Shown piece by piece: positions 13,350 to 25,482 of a stretch of 64,000 bases of DNA (positions are counted from its first letter, which is position 1; each line of letters opens with the position of its first letter). This DNA comes from Podarcis pityusensis (taxonomy: Eukaryota): assembly GCA_964106645.2 (NCBI GenBank), contig OZ067044.1. The stretch is one strand, 5' to 3'. The notes under the pieces are model-generated. The model was not told the DNA's origin. It ran no database searches and was given only the letters and a program-made list of their open reading frames with translations. The translations under genes were made by a program, and so were the position numbers.

Positions 13350-15000
13350 GGCTCGGAAGGCTGTAAAGCACGCGGTGCGAGGCAAAGCACAGCTGGCTCC
13401 TTGCTCCGAGGTTCTCTGGCAACCGAGGAAGGCAAGCTGACGGGCGCCTGGTCGGTGTCAATAAAAGGGAGGCGCGGATTTTTCCGGGCTGCTAAGGGTG
13501 TAATTGGCCCCGCCGTTGTTATCCCAGTACTCGCCCTGCTGGCTGCGGTAGCAGATGGCGAAATGCACGGCCGTGCCCTCTTGCAGACCGGGCGGGAGGC
13601 ACAGGGTGAACTGGTAGCGCTCGACGGGGCTGCAGGGCTCCGGGGGGTCCGCGGGCGGCGGCGGGGGCAGCGGCGCCGCGGGGGTGTCCAAGAAGGAGAG
13701 CCACTCGTTGAACGTGTAGCGCACCGTCACTTCTTTGGGGCCCGGGCAGCTGAGCACCCTCACCACGCCGCGCACGTCTGTGGGGGCCCCGGCCCGAGCC
13801 GTGCCCGTCGCCTCCTCCAGGCACACGCGCTGGCCCTGCAGCCGCCCGGGCCCGTCGGGCGGCGGCGGCGGCGGCGCCAACTGGAGCGCCTGAGGCAAGT
13901 GCAGCGGGCGCAAGGCCGGCGCGGCGCAAGCGCCCAGGCCCGCCAGGGCGGCGCTGAACTCCTCGAAGTCCTTCTGGCGCATGGGGAAGCTCTGCAGGCG
14001 GGACAGGACGGCGGGCGGCACCTGCGGCTCCTCGGCGGCGCTGAAGTGCTTCACGCTGGCCAGGCACAAGCCCAGCGAGTCGGCGAACTGCACCCGCTTC
14101 TTGCACTTGGTGCAGCAGTTGCCGCTGCCGCCCCCCGACGCCGACGGCCCCCCTCCGTCCTCGTCGTCGTCCTGGTCGCCGTCACTGTCCCCCTCGAGGC
14201 GGCCCCGCGGGAAGAGCCGCGCGGCCGCCAGCGTCGGGCTGGCGGGCAGGGAGAGCGAGCGCCCGCGGCGGCGGCGCAACTCCAGCAGCGCCTCCTCGGG
14301 AAGCTCCTTCTTCTTCTCCCGCTCGACGACGCTGCTGCCGCCGCCTCCTCCTCCCGCCTCCGCGCTGCCCGGCGCTCGCCATGGCGCGGCCGCGGCGACC
14401 TCCTCAGCCGCCGGGCGTTCGCCGAAGGAAGCTAGCAGTTGCCCCAAGCCCAGCACCGCGGGACCCCTGCTCTCCATAGCATGACGCCGACGCGGCGCCT
14501 CGCTCGTTCTCGGCCGAGTCCGGGGCTTCCGCCCTCCCTTCCTAAGTTTCCATCCGAGCGGCGGCCGTCGGGGGGTCCGGTCCGCTTTCCGAGCAGGGTC
14601 GCTTTGTCGCAGTTGCGAGGCTGCTCGCTGAAGCCCGTGGCGCGCTGGGCGAAGGGGGCGCGCCCCCTTTTCCCTGCCTCCTGCGCTCCCTCCCCACCCT
14701 CGGGGAAGTGTGGGGCGGGGCGGGACCTCCCACAGGAACCAGTCAGGAAAGACATTCGCCACAGGCTACAAAGCACGTAGCTGTTTCTCTCGCAGTCCCG
14801 GGCGGGGGAGCGTGCCTAACCCTTTCCTCGGGGTGTGTATGCGGCGGGGGCGAGGGGTGAGAAGTAAAAGGGGGAAGCGCCCCTTCGAATCCGGACTTGA
14901 AAGAGTCCTAGAATGCTTTTGGCTTGCAGGAGGCTTGGCCCCGCCACGCCCACCGGGAGTTCCCCCTCCTCATAAGTGGCGTTGCCGAGCAGTAGTAAGA
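13350..15000. promoter_or_regulatory. CpG island covering PPP1R3G and its promoter
   Basis: Very high GC and CpG density; tandem GC boxes GGGGCGGGGCGGG at about 14712-14724. Confidence 0.8.
13458..14477 (-). CDS. PPP1R3G: protein phosphatase 1 regulatory subunit 3G (glycogen-targeting), intronless, 339 aa
   Basis: ATG at 14477 (GCTATGG) to TGA at 13458. Motifs: RGRSLSLP; PP1-binding RVxF in CKKRVQFADSLGLCLASVKHF; CBM21 domain (GVVRV..GPKEVTVRYTFNEWLSF..HFAICY..EYWDNNGGANY). Synteny with RPP40/LYRM4. Confidence 0.95.
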   Translation of the reverse strand: MESRGPAVLGLGQLLASFGERPAAEEVAAAAPWRAPGSAEAGGGGGGSSVVEREKKKELPEEALLELRRRRGRSLSLPASPTLAAARLFPRGRLEGDSDGDQDDDEDGGGPSASGGGSGNCCTKCKKRVQFADSLGLCLASVKHFSAAEEPQVPPAVLSRLQSFPMRQKDFEEFSAALAGLGACAAPALRPLHLPQALQLAPPPPPPDGPGRLQGQRVCLEEATGTARAGAPTDVRGVVRVLSCPGPKEVTVRYTFNEWLSFLDTPAAPLPPPPPADPPEPCSPVERYQFTLCLPPGLQEGTAVHFAICYRSQQGEYWDNNGGANYTLSSPEKSAPPFY

Positions 15001-17683
15001 CTCCGTTTGGGCTGCTCCCTGGCGCAGGGAGGAAATGAAATGTCAGAGGCAGCCCTCTCTTCGCCACAGGAAGCTGTTCCTGAGGCAGCTCCCCCTTTTT
15101 CCTTCCTCTCCTGCTTTTGGCAACTTCGATGGATAATGCCCAGGGGAAAGCTGCAACTATTTCAGTCAGTGCCTTAGAAATGGTACCACTACAATCCTAA
15201 CTTAAGTACTGTACAGAGTTGAAGACTCTATGTAAAGCAAGACGCGCTGAGCTCAAATGTATCTAAAAGTCATTATCTCAGGCCCAGAAAGCTTTCTTTC
15301 CCCCTGCCTTCCTTTGGTGCAGCTGGTCAAGCAGAGAAGCTTAACTTGGCTGCTTGTTGATCTGCATGCGATTGCGATTAAATGATGGGCATCTTTCACA
15401 GTCACAGGATTTGTAGATTGTCTTCATGGCCACCCAGTTTGTAAATGATATTCTATTGCTGGAGTGCATGCCCTATTATGGCTAGACATGCTTGAATGAA
15501 TTGTTCCTCAATGGTGACCATATACTTTAACTCAGATTCCTGCATTGCGAGAGGTTGGACTGTATGGCCCCTTCCAACTCTACCACTCGATGAGTCTCTG
15601 TTAGGAAGTGTGGAAGTATGTGTTATCCTCAGACTCACTGTATTTTTACTTCACATATGCAGGTCAAAGCTTGTCTCTGAAAAACAGCATTGAGCTAAAC
15701 CCTGGCGCAAATTAAACCACATGCCAAACTAAGCCTGATGCTGTTATCTAGAATCAGGGCTGTAATCATAGGCACACTTTGGTGTTTGAAACTAATAATG
15801 GGATATAGTGGAACTAAACTGAAATATAGCACAAGTTTAGCATTCATTTCCATATTATTTGCAAACAATATTTGCAAACGATATTGGAGCAGAAAAGAAA
15901 GACCTTAAATCAAAATCACAGCCATCCATCTGAGGTCTATCTAGGCATTATTGAATGCACATTCACTTTATTAAGTTTGCAGCTGACTTACTTCAGGGAA
16001 GTGTGCCTCACAGTGCTTTGGCTTTATGTGAATTGTGTGTCAAGAAGCCAGACAAAATAGAGGACATGCTACACCTGCGGGAAATTCCCTCCTTTGAACA
16101 ACTAATAAAGGTGAAGAAGTCCTTTCCTTAAAAAAACACACACACAACTAGAATCTTTAAAAAGCATTTACTACACACAGATACATCCTGTGATAGGCTA
16201 CTGCTCATCCTCCAAAATGGAATTTGGTTCAGAAGTGAACTCCGGAGTATGTTACTTGAGACCAGCCCAATCCACCAATCTGTAGGGGGGTGTTAGTTTT
16301 AAAGATGCTTCAGTAAATACATGCTACAAAATTAAATCCCTCCAACACAGTAACAAATTGCACACACTCAAGTAGGACAAGATGGTTTCAACAATGGAGT
16401 GCATTGTTCAATAGCCAGCCACGTGTATGTGGTGGATCCCAGACCATATTGTTTTCATTTGAGAAAGTTAGAAATGGATGCCATACTTCAAAAAAGTCAT
16501 CAGCATCCTGAGAACTGCTCGGTGCCTTTACCTGTCTGTTAACTGTTGCTGCTAAGGGTAGCAACATGAATGCAAATTGTTTTATAGCCCAGACTTAGGC
16601 TGGTGAGCTGTCAAAGTACTAGCTAGCTTGCACGGGTACGAGCAGCGGCACAGTGGAGGCCATCTTTGCTGCAGCGCAAGATCATGCAGCCCCCATAATT
16701 CAAAACATACTGCTTTAAGTTCTCTGAATTTTTGCTTTAGTTCACTTTTACTGATGCCGCTTTATGCACTGAGAACTTCCACTGCCCAGATGTTTTGTAC
16801 CAATATAAATGAGAACAGAGTACAGCTTAGAGATCTTTAATTAAATCATAAACGGCAAAATCCTTTGGCAACTAAATTGCCAGTATGAACACTGAAAACC
16901 TGAGTATTGCTCTGAGCGTGCAGCCAGAAATTGGATAATTATTTTTCAATCACCTGGGACTACATTGCCATGCTTAATCAAAACTAAATTGAAAAAAAGT
17001 CAGACTACCCATTTCATTTCCTTCCCAGCAAATTACAGCATATAGTTTACTTTTAAGTCAGCTAATTTGGAAGGATGGTTGGCAAAGAAAAAAAATGTAC
17101 AATTACACTTCTATCTTGATAACCCACTGCATGTTCAAGATACATAGGTAGGTATTAAAAAAAACCACCCTAATCTTAATGTTGTCACTTTTACATTGTG
17201 TAGTCTTTCTTTATAAAGATAATAGGCCCGCAAAATCAATAAATGAGAACACGGCTTTGAGAAGAGAGGGCTAACACAAAGCAAATGAAAAGAAATTAAT
17301 TATAGGTGGTCAGAGGGGAATAAAATAGCAATAGAAAATAACTGCTATATGTAGCAGTTGAGAGAGATGAAGCCATGAGCATACATCAGACAAAGCCTAC
17401 ATGTTAGATATGCCCCTGAAACCAGTTTGGCACCTGCCTAGTGTGTGCCCTTTCAACTGCCCCCACCCTTACAGTTCCTTTAAAAAATGCCAAGGAAATG
17501 AAGAGGCTGGAGCAGCTGGAGGCTGGTACTTTGCATTCCATGGGATGGCAAGAGAGTGAAACCTGTGCTAAAAGATGATAAAGAGATTGCAGAGAATCTA
17601 AATGAATGATTTGCATCTGTCTTCACAGCAGAAGATATAGGGCAGATCCCACTGCCTGCATTGACATTGCTAAATTACAGCAA

Positions 17684-18032
17684 ATGCGGGTGGCACTGTG
17701 GGTTAAATCACAGAGCCTAGGACTTGCCGATCAGAAGTTCGGTGGTTCAAATCCCCACAATGGGGCGAGCTCCTGTTGCTCAGTCCCTGCTCCTGCCCAC
17801 CTAGCAGTTCGAAAGCACGTCAAAGTGCAAGTAGATAAATCGGTACCGCTCCGGCGGGAAGGTAAACGGCATTTCCATACACTGCTCTGGTTTGCCAGAA
17901 GCGGCTTAGTCATGCTGGCCACATGACCCGGAAGCTGTACGCCGGCTCCCTCGGCCAATAAAGCGGGATGAGCGCCGCAACCCCAGAGTCGGTCACAACT
18001 GGACCTAATGGTCAGGGGTCCCTTTACCTTTA
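17684..18032 (+). mobile_element. Sauria SINE
   Basis: GCGGGTGGCACTGTGGGTTAAA..GCAGTTCGAAAGCAC..CATGCTGGCCACATGACC..GGGGTCCCTTTACCTTTA. Confidence 0.9.
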
Positions 18033-18112
18033 TATGACACTAGTAAATGGTCTTGGAGTTTCTAAGGCTGTAGCATTGCTAAAACTAAATGAGATCATAG
18101 AAATTCCTAGTA

Positions 18113-18232
18113 CAGAATCATAGAATTGAAGAGTTGGGAGGGAAGAAAAGGATAATCAAGTCCAACCCTCTGCAATGTAGGAATCTTTTGCACTACATGG
18201 GGCTTGAACCCACAAGCCTGAAATTAAGAGTC
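18113..18232 (-). mobile_element. tRNA-derived short SINE with CR1-type tail
   Basis: AGAATCATAGAAT tail plus AGTCCAACCCTCTGCAATG plus decayed tRNA head; related to 63040-63177. Confidence 0.6.
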
Positions 18233-19156
18233 ATTACTTAGATATATGTACCTTCATTACTTCTGGAATATATGGCTGCTAGAATGTAGTATAACTACAC
18301 CATGTACTTCAGGCTTTTATATGAACAACTGTTTGAATGTAACACATAGGTTTCATTTTACCGAAGTAATTGTATGAAAATAATTAGAAGCACAAATGCT
18401 TGGAATACTAATATAGCACTCCAAAATGGTACAGTGAAAAATAAAGCATTTAAAGTATAGGAATAAATTTTATATAATTAGATTTTAATTATGCCCTTAA
18501 TTGCAACAGATTAGTCAGAATGCATGAAAATTAAAATTACATTACCCTTTAATTCAGTTTTCTGCTCTGTGCTGCAATCTGATATACTTCTTAGTATTCA
18601 AGCAGTAAGAAAGCCGTAAGAATGTGCCCGTGGCTGAAAAATACACAGAGGAAGTACTTGGCATATATAACAATGTTAGTAAGTAAATAGAATCCTTTCA
18701 AAATCATCATTTTAGGCAATAGCCTTCCCTTATGCTGAGGCTCCAGTCTACATTGGCTACTGTTACTGATGTTAGTCACAGAGGAGGAAACAGACAATAT
18801 TGATTTGGACAGGGGCCACAGCACAGGGGAAAGGCTTACACATACATACGCCATGGTATTATTATTAATAATATACTGCTATACCATGGCCACAATCCAA
18901 ATCAGGATTTTCTGTTGCAGTTTTTGTTATAAAATTCAATGAGTGCCTTTTGTTTAATTATCAAACTATCTCACAGCCAACATAAACTACCAGTACTTCA
19001 CATGGCTGTTGTGGGACTAAATGAGACAAAAATCCTAACACATTTCATACGCATAGAGGACAATCCTAAGGCAAGATCCACCAGGAGGATGAGCTTAGGC
19101 TGCAGTAGATCTCTGTCTCAGCTGACTGATTCCCAACTCAGCTTGGTCATGTGACC

Positions 19157-19365
19157 ATAGAATCATAGAGTTGGAAGAGACCACAAGGGCCATCAAGTCC
19201 AACCCCCTGCCAAGCAGGAAACACCATCAGAGCACTCCTGACATATGGTTGTCAAGCCTCTGCTTAAAGACCTCCAAAGAAGGAGACTCCACCACACTCC
19301 TTGGCAGCAAATTCCACTGTCGAACAGCTCTTACTGTCAGGAAGTTCTTCCTAATGTTTAGGTGG
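19157..19365 (-). mobile_element. CR1 LINE 3' fragment
   Basis: ATAGAATCATAGAGTTGGAAG..AGTCCAACCCC..AATTCCACTG..AAGTTCTTCCT, the CR1 3' end read in antisense. Confidence 0.85.
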
Positions 19366-20357
19366 CAACCCAACACACAACATTTTTAAAGGCTTGTTTT
19401 CCCTTTGCCAGGCTTAGGCAGAACAGCAGCTCTACTGCTGAATAGCATTTGGATCTGGTGTAACTTTATGCTAGCTTAATTTACACCAGCTTGCTTTACA
19501 CCAGATTCTTGTGCACAGAATTGCTCCCACAAAGTGTTATATAAATGCCAATAGTTACAGCTTATTTATTTTTACTCTATATTTCCTATAACCTTTGTTG
19601 ATATGTTCCATGAAAAATATTATTCCCTTTTGTTGTCACATATGAAAATATGTGCAACAGTTACTTGGTAACTCCTGCCTCAACCAGTATCCACAAACAT
19701 TAAGTATAATGTTCTTCTGCTGTTAAGATGCAATTACCTGGAACACTTTGCTTTTCTCTCCTGAGAGAACATGTCTTAGTCGCGTATAAAAGAGACATTG
19801 ATTGGAGATGTAACTTCAGAAGAAAGAGCCGAGTAAATACTGGCAGGCAGGCAAATCATCGATTTGTCACGTTCTTGTCCTTCAGCGTCTTCTAAAATGA
19901 TCAGAGTGGCATAATCTTATTTTACTCCAACAGCCCCATGTTAGGCTTATGTGATCCAAAGAGGTTAACGAATAGGGTTTTAACTTGCTTCCAGTTTCGA
20001 AAGTTGCCCTATGCCCATTGGCTGTCTTTCCTCAGTATCATTCTCTCCCCTTAGCAAACTCATGACTGAACAGAATCCAGCAATTGCATATTGCCAAGAC
20101 TACTTTTGGTCTAACGTGTATGTAAAACAATACGCTAGGTGCTGTACGGAACAGAATGGTGCATTTATTGTGCAGGGGACTTAAGTTTCAATAGGCTGGA
20201 CAACGATTTACAGGGGAAGGGAGCGCTGCAGTCGTACGGTAAGAAAGGTCCCCAAGTCACATTTGAACAGAAATAGCCGTGTTTCCATCTGTGTTATAAG
20301 AGGCCCAAGATATACACACACACCTAGGCATGATGCACATAGCAGCACCCATGAGGT

Positions 20358-20734
20358 GAAGGTAAAGGGACCCCTGACCATTAGGTCCAGTTGTGACCGA
20401 CTGGTTGCACGCTCATCTCGCTCTATAGGCCGAGGGAGCCGGCGTTTGTCCGCAGACAGCTTCCAGGTCATGTGGCCAGCATGACTAAGCCGCTTCTGGC
20501 AAACCAGAGCAGCACACGGAAACACTGTTTACCTTCCCACCGGAGCGGTCCCTATTTATCTACTTGCACTTTGACGTGCTTTCGAACTGCTAGGTTGGCA
20601 GGAGCAGGGACCGAGCAACGGGAGGAGCTCACCCCCACACGGGGATTTGAACTGCCGAGGATTTGAACCGCCGACCTTCTGATTGGCAAGTCCTAGGCTC
20701 TGTGGTTTAACCCACAGCGCCACCCGCGTCCCCT
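20358..20734 (-). mobile_element. Sauria SINE, full length
   Basis: Matches the other copies; 11-bp TSD ACCCATGAGGT at 20347-20357 and 20735-20745. Confidence 0.92.
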
Positions 20735-21543
20735 ACCCATGAGGTAGGTGGATGGAAATACCGTAATTTGAAATGCAACCCTAGGCACCAGATCGACACA
20801 TGCAGGGATATTATAAAGCTGATGAATGCTGAAGTTCTAACATGGGATGAATAAGTTCCAGCCGCTCAGCCCTGCTCCATTTCCTCAGTGGACCTGGGAA
20901 GGAGCTGTTGCCTGGCAACCGCCTCCAGAAAAGAAAGGCTGCTACCATCAATGCATCAACCAGCTAAGGCACCAGCTGAAAACCTGCCTTTTTGTAGCTG
21001 CAATACTGACCTGTGTATTGGGAAACCCAACAGAATATTGGCATGGCGTACCATTTTGTTATTATGTTTCATCATCATCATTAATTAAATTTATATGCCA
21101 CCCTTCACCTGAAGAACATAAAAATACAACATGAGAACACAAAATACATGCGGATACGAGAATAAAACAAAACCAATAACCCCTTCCAACAAACTGGCCA
21201 TATAATGAACTTTCAATGCAAGCCAGCTAAAAGTTTTGGAGATGTGGGCACTCTTATTAGCTCTGAAAAATTCCCATATGGTCAGCTTTCCAGATTCTGG
21301 GCCCTTTTTAATGGCGTTTTCACCACAAATGAGTGCACTCTTGTAATTTTCAGCCTTTTATTCAAATGTAACTCCGTTCAGCTCAAGACCCCTGAGCCTT
21401 ATTGTGCATAGGGCGAAGCGCAAATAAATGCCCTGAAAGGTTATATCATCACTATGAGGTCATTAGAGAAAAAAAGTTTCATTTTCAATTGTGTTCTTTT
21501 CGCATTGCGACTTCCCCTGAGTCAACTACAGTCACACTGAACT

Positions 21544-21577
21544 ATAATATAATATAATATAATATAATATAATAATA
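21544..21577. repeat. (ATATA)n microsatellite
   Basis: Pentamer run just upstream of the RPP40 CpG island. Confidence 0.9.
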
Positions 21578-21699
21578 TTTTTTATTAATTAATGAATGAA
21601 TTTGTGTTTTCACGAGTCCCATGATTCACTCTGAAGGGCTTTTATTTCTTTCCTCAGCACCCAGCCGCTTCCCTCTCTCAACCGTCCCTCAAACCAAAA

Positions 21700-21913
21700 T
21701 CAAGCGCGGGCAACCTTTGTAAAGCGACGGCGATCGCGCTTCCCTAACGGCGAGCGCGCATGCGCGTACCTCCTCCCCTCCGCCCCTTGTTCCCAACCCA
21801 CAGACCGCCTCCCTTACGAACGAGTGACGTCTTATGCCCCGCCTTCCTTTTATTGGCCGGTTCCAGCTTCCTCGGCGCGCGCGCGGCCGCTCGGAAAGGG
21901 AACGCGGCGCGGC
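21700..21913 (+). promoter_or_regulatory. RPP40 CpG-island housekeeping-type promoter
   Basis: NRF1-type palindrome CGCGCATGCGCG 21755-21766; GC boxes at about 21777-21786 and 21837-21843; CRE-like TGACGTC 21825-21831; inverted CCAAT 21852-21856. Confidence 0.75.
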
Positions 21914-22039
21914 ATGTTCGCCCCGCTGAGGTGGCTCCGCGAGGGCCCCCGTCACGTGCTGGTGTGCGAGGGGAGCCACGTGCGGCACGAGCGGTCCCGC
22001 CACGCGGCCCGCGTGCGGGACCACGCCTTCAATTGCCAG
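21914..22039 (+). CDS. RPP40: ribonuclease P/MRP subunit p40, coding exon 1 of 8 (joined CDS 21914-31075 = 1092 nt, 363 aa)
   Basis: MFAPLRWLREGPRHVLVCEGS...HAFNCQ|gtgagt, matching the RPP40 N-terminus; all eight exons join in frame with GT-AG introns. Confidence 0.93.
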
Positions 22040-22486
22040 GTGAGTGGGGGTTGGGGATGATAGTGCGGGTAGCGGTTCCCCCTGAGGAGAATCCTGAGCG
22101 CCTCAAGTCTGTGCGAACTTCGCTGGTGGCTTCCGAGGGATGAGGTGGTTCAGGATTGCACCGCCTCACTGACTTCCACGGGTGTATCTGCGATTACTGG
22201 TGTGGCGAATGGCCGTTTCTTAAAAGCCTTTATGTAAAATTGAAACCCCTAGGCGGTGCTTGCTGAGTTTCATGGCCATGTGGCAGTGATAAAAGGGGCG
22301 AATTATTGAAATGCGTGGTAACTCCTAGCGTCCTGCTCCTTCTAAGGCTATAGGGCAGGGTTTTGTTTTAATTTTTGGCCGTGTAGCTGTTAAGGCTTCA
22401 ATACCAAAGCAGTTCCCCCCCTCTATTGATTTATCCATCCTGATAAAGGGGGAGAGTGTTCCTTGCTTACTATTCTGTGGCTTTCT

Positions 22487-22682
22487 TTCTTTTTTCAAAA
22501 TGTTTTTTATTGATTTTCACCACATTATAAACAAACAAACGCATAAAACAAACAAACATAAATCATAACCTTATTAAAAATTACACTTATTAACATTATT
22601 AAGTGACTTCCTCGCTTCCCCTTGGTTGAATTTCATTGCATGTCTTTTTAACGGTTTTCCAAATCATAGTTCTTAAAATTAG
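22487..22682 (-). mobile_element. short 5'-truncated L1-like 3' end
   Basis: T-rich tail on the left; 16-bp TSD TATT(C/T)TGTGGCTTTCT at 22471-22486 and 22683-22698. Confidence 0.7.
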
Positions 22683-22959
22683 TATTTTGTGGCTTTCTGA
22701 TTGGTCCTACCTAATTTTTTTTCCTTTTCTTTCTTTCTGGAGAAAAAGGTGAGGGAATTCACCACAAAGTTTGTTTTTTTGTGGGCTCCCGCCGCCACAG
22801 AAGTGGCTCAACGTAAGATGTGATTAATAAACACAGGCAGACAATGATCTGGATTATTAATAGCCACAGCTTTATTGATTACAGGGTGTAGGCAATCTAT
22901 ATTTGGCTCAGGCATTGGGTGTATATCTGTTCCAGCCCCTCCCCCCAGACAATAATAAT

Positions 22960-23712
22960 TATTATTTAATTTTTATTTATTTTTTTGAATGATATTTATT
23001 CAAAATTTCATCAATACATAAACACAAAAAGAAAAACAAGAAACACAGAGGGGGAAAAAGAGGAAAAGTATACAGCAAAAAATAGAACAAGAGGAAAAAA
23101 ACCCAAAAAAGAAAGAAGAAAGATACAAATCTCAGATTGCAACTTTTCATTTGCTTAATTCTTGAACCTCCTCACACCTCCCTTTTTGTATTCTAGTTTA
23201 ATTCGTTATTTCAGCAAATTCTTCCCATGTTTCTCAATTTTAATTTAAATGATTAATCTTCACAATCTCTCTTATTTATTAATCAAGATAACCTTTCCAT
23301 CTTTTAATATAGTCTGTTATTCAATTTACCTTAATCTCTCTAACCTTATCTTATCTTAAAAATCGTAAATTTTCAAAATTTACATCATATTCATACATAT
23401 CTCCTTAAAATCATTTCTACTAAAGCCAATTTAATTCCTTTCCAGCATATTCCCTCAAATTTCATTAATGTTGCACTAATTCCAAAATTAACAAAAGAAT
23501 TTCCCTTGATATCTCTAATTTTTATCCAACGTCCCTTCTTCCTGGTTTCGGGTCATGTCAGTCCTTTCTGTCCATTACATCCAGTCCATCAATCTGGTGT
23601 TCTAATGTCTGAGGCCCTTAAATCTCTTCTAGGCCCCTTCTGCAAATTTTTTTGTTCCTGTTTGTGCTTGCGCACTTCTTTGTCAATTGTTGGTTTCTTG
23701 GGGAGTGGGTTT
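22960..23712 (-). mobile_element. L1-like 3' fragment (same family as 46241-47263)
   Basis: Shares long blocks with 46460-47030 (ACCTCCTCACACCTCCCTTTTTGTATTCTAGTTT; ATCCAACGTC..TTCTTCCTGGT..TGTCAGTCCTT; CTAATGTC.GAGGCCCTTAA); T-rich tail. Confidence 0.75.
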
Positions 23713-24699
23713 TTGTAATATCAAATGATGCCAGTTGGCTGCAAAATATGTGCCCATGGACACACACCTCTGCCAACTGAATATAGTGTTTTATGCCTTT
23801 GGTGAAATGTACCATTCTTCACAAGTGCTTATGCCACAATATATATGTTAGTTATTTAAGGTACTTGCAAGACTGTATTGCTTTTGCTGCAATACATTAA
23901 TAGTTTCAGACATTATCTTTAAGAATGTGGTATTTATTTAACGTTTCTATCTCATGAGAACAGCATTTTAAAAACTCAACCCATTCAAGACTGTATTATT
24001 TATTCAGTCTTTAACCAACTTACGGTACATATAAAATTAAATATCAACCAGCATGTTATACTAAAGAACAGCGCCAACACAGCCATCCAATGAAATTAAA
24101 AAGAACAAAACATAAAACAGATTAAAAACCACCAGTGTCAATTCTATTCAGTAACACAATCCAAAATCATGGCTTCAATAAGCACATACTTAAAACAGAA
24201 TATGGGCCAAACTAGATGTGACACACAGCTGCATGGCTATGAGTTTAAAGATAGCTTCACTCACCACCCTTACATGAACCTTTTGTTCTAAAAATCAGAC
24301 ATGAGTGGGGTTGACCCACGTTTAAACAAATCGGCCTATTACAAATCGGCCCTTAGTTTTAAAACCTAAAAGTATCTTGGCACATCACTCCAAAGCTACT
24401 GTATTATTTAATTTTTTGCTGGTTTCAAGTTTAAAATTCTGCTGAGGGTTGTGCAAAGAATAAAATATTCCCTGACAGAATGGTTTAACTGTCTAACAGG
24501 CATAACACTAAAGGGCTTATGAGACAATGAAGGGAAAAGGGAAAGTATGGATTAAATTAAAGCTTAATACCAACAGTATAATGTATTTAGTACTCACTGC
24601 CTTGCAGGATATCTTCAGGAGTGGAGTCCCTTAGATAGATGGATGGCATCTTGTATGCCTCCTTCTGACAACTCCTGCAGCCAAGCTGGTGCTAAATGT

Positions 24700-24972
24700 A
24701 TTGCTTTCCATTTCTTTGGACAACATCAGCAGGCTGGGGAGCAGGATTATGTAGTTTGGGCAGCCTAGGACTTCCATACCCATTGTCCAAGTTTTCACCC
24801 CAGAGTGGTCACTTCAGTGCTGCTAACACAGTGAAAACAACAGAGGAGGCAGCAGTTACGAGTTACCAGGCTCTGCAACCAACGGGCACTGTGATTCTCC
24901 AGCAGTTTAGCTCCGCCCCCAGAGGCACACTCCATTGTCTCTTGAGACAGATGGATGTCAACAACAACAAAA
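24700..24972 (+). mobile_element. probable RTE-related non-autonomous retroposon fragment
   Basis: Ends ..CTCCATTGTCTCTTGAGACAGATGGATGTC(AAC)n; an (AAC)n tail is typical of RTE-mobilised elements; left boundary unclear. Confidence 0.35.
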
Positions 24973-25482
24973 ATTATTTAGGCATGTAACGTGGACATAT
25001 CACATGTGGCCTTTTGTATCCAGTCCATATTGCTTGTAGAGCTACAGTTTTCCTCTTGCATGCTTTCCTTGGGGAGGAGGGGATACTTGTGGCCCTACAG
25101 ATGTTGGAGAACTCCAGACTTCGATCAGTCCCAGAAACTTTGTTGCAAACATTTGCAAATGTGCAGAGGTAGTTTGTAACTGTGTTAAGCCTGAACAAGC
25201 CTACAGACAGCATACCTAACACAGGAATGCTGGGAGAATAAAGCAGGATAAATCCTTGTCATCTTGACTTTCTTGGTAGAAGAATTGGTTACAAATGCAC
25301 AAGTATTTGGATACTAACTGTTCATAATAGGTTAAAAACACTACTTTGTTTGAGGTATTATTTAATATAAAACAGCCAGCATTGTATTAATGTTTATCTG
25401 TGGAGCTGTATAAAAGGTATTTTGCAGTCTGTTTATTAATGATCATAATACCTCATTTATATCCCAAATGTTCTCTGAATAG

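Noticed and set aside
13257-14435. 392-aa plus-strand ORF and other ORFs overlapping PPP1R3G
   Set aside because: Antisense or alternative-frame shadows of a very GC-rich CDS; Arg/Gly/Ala-rich with no recognisable domain
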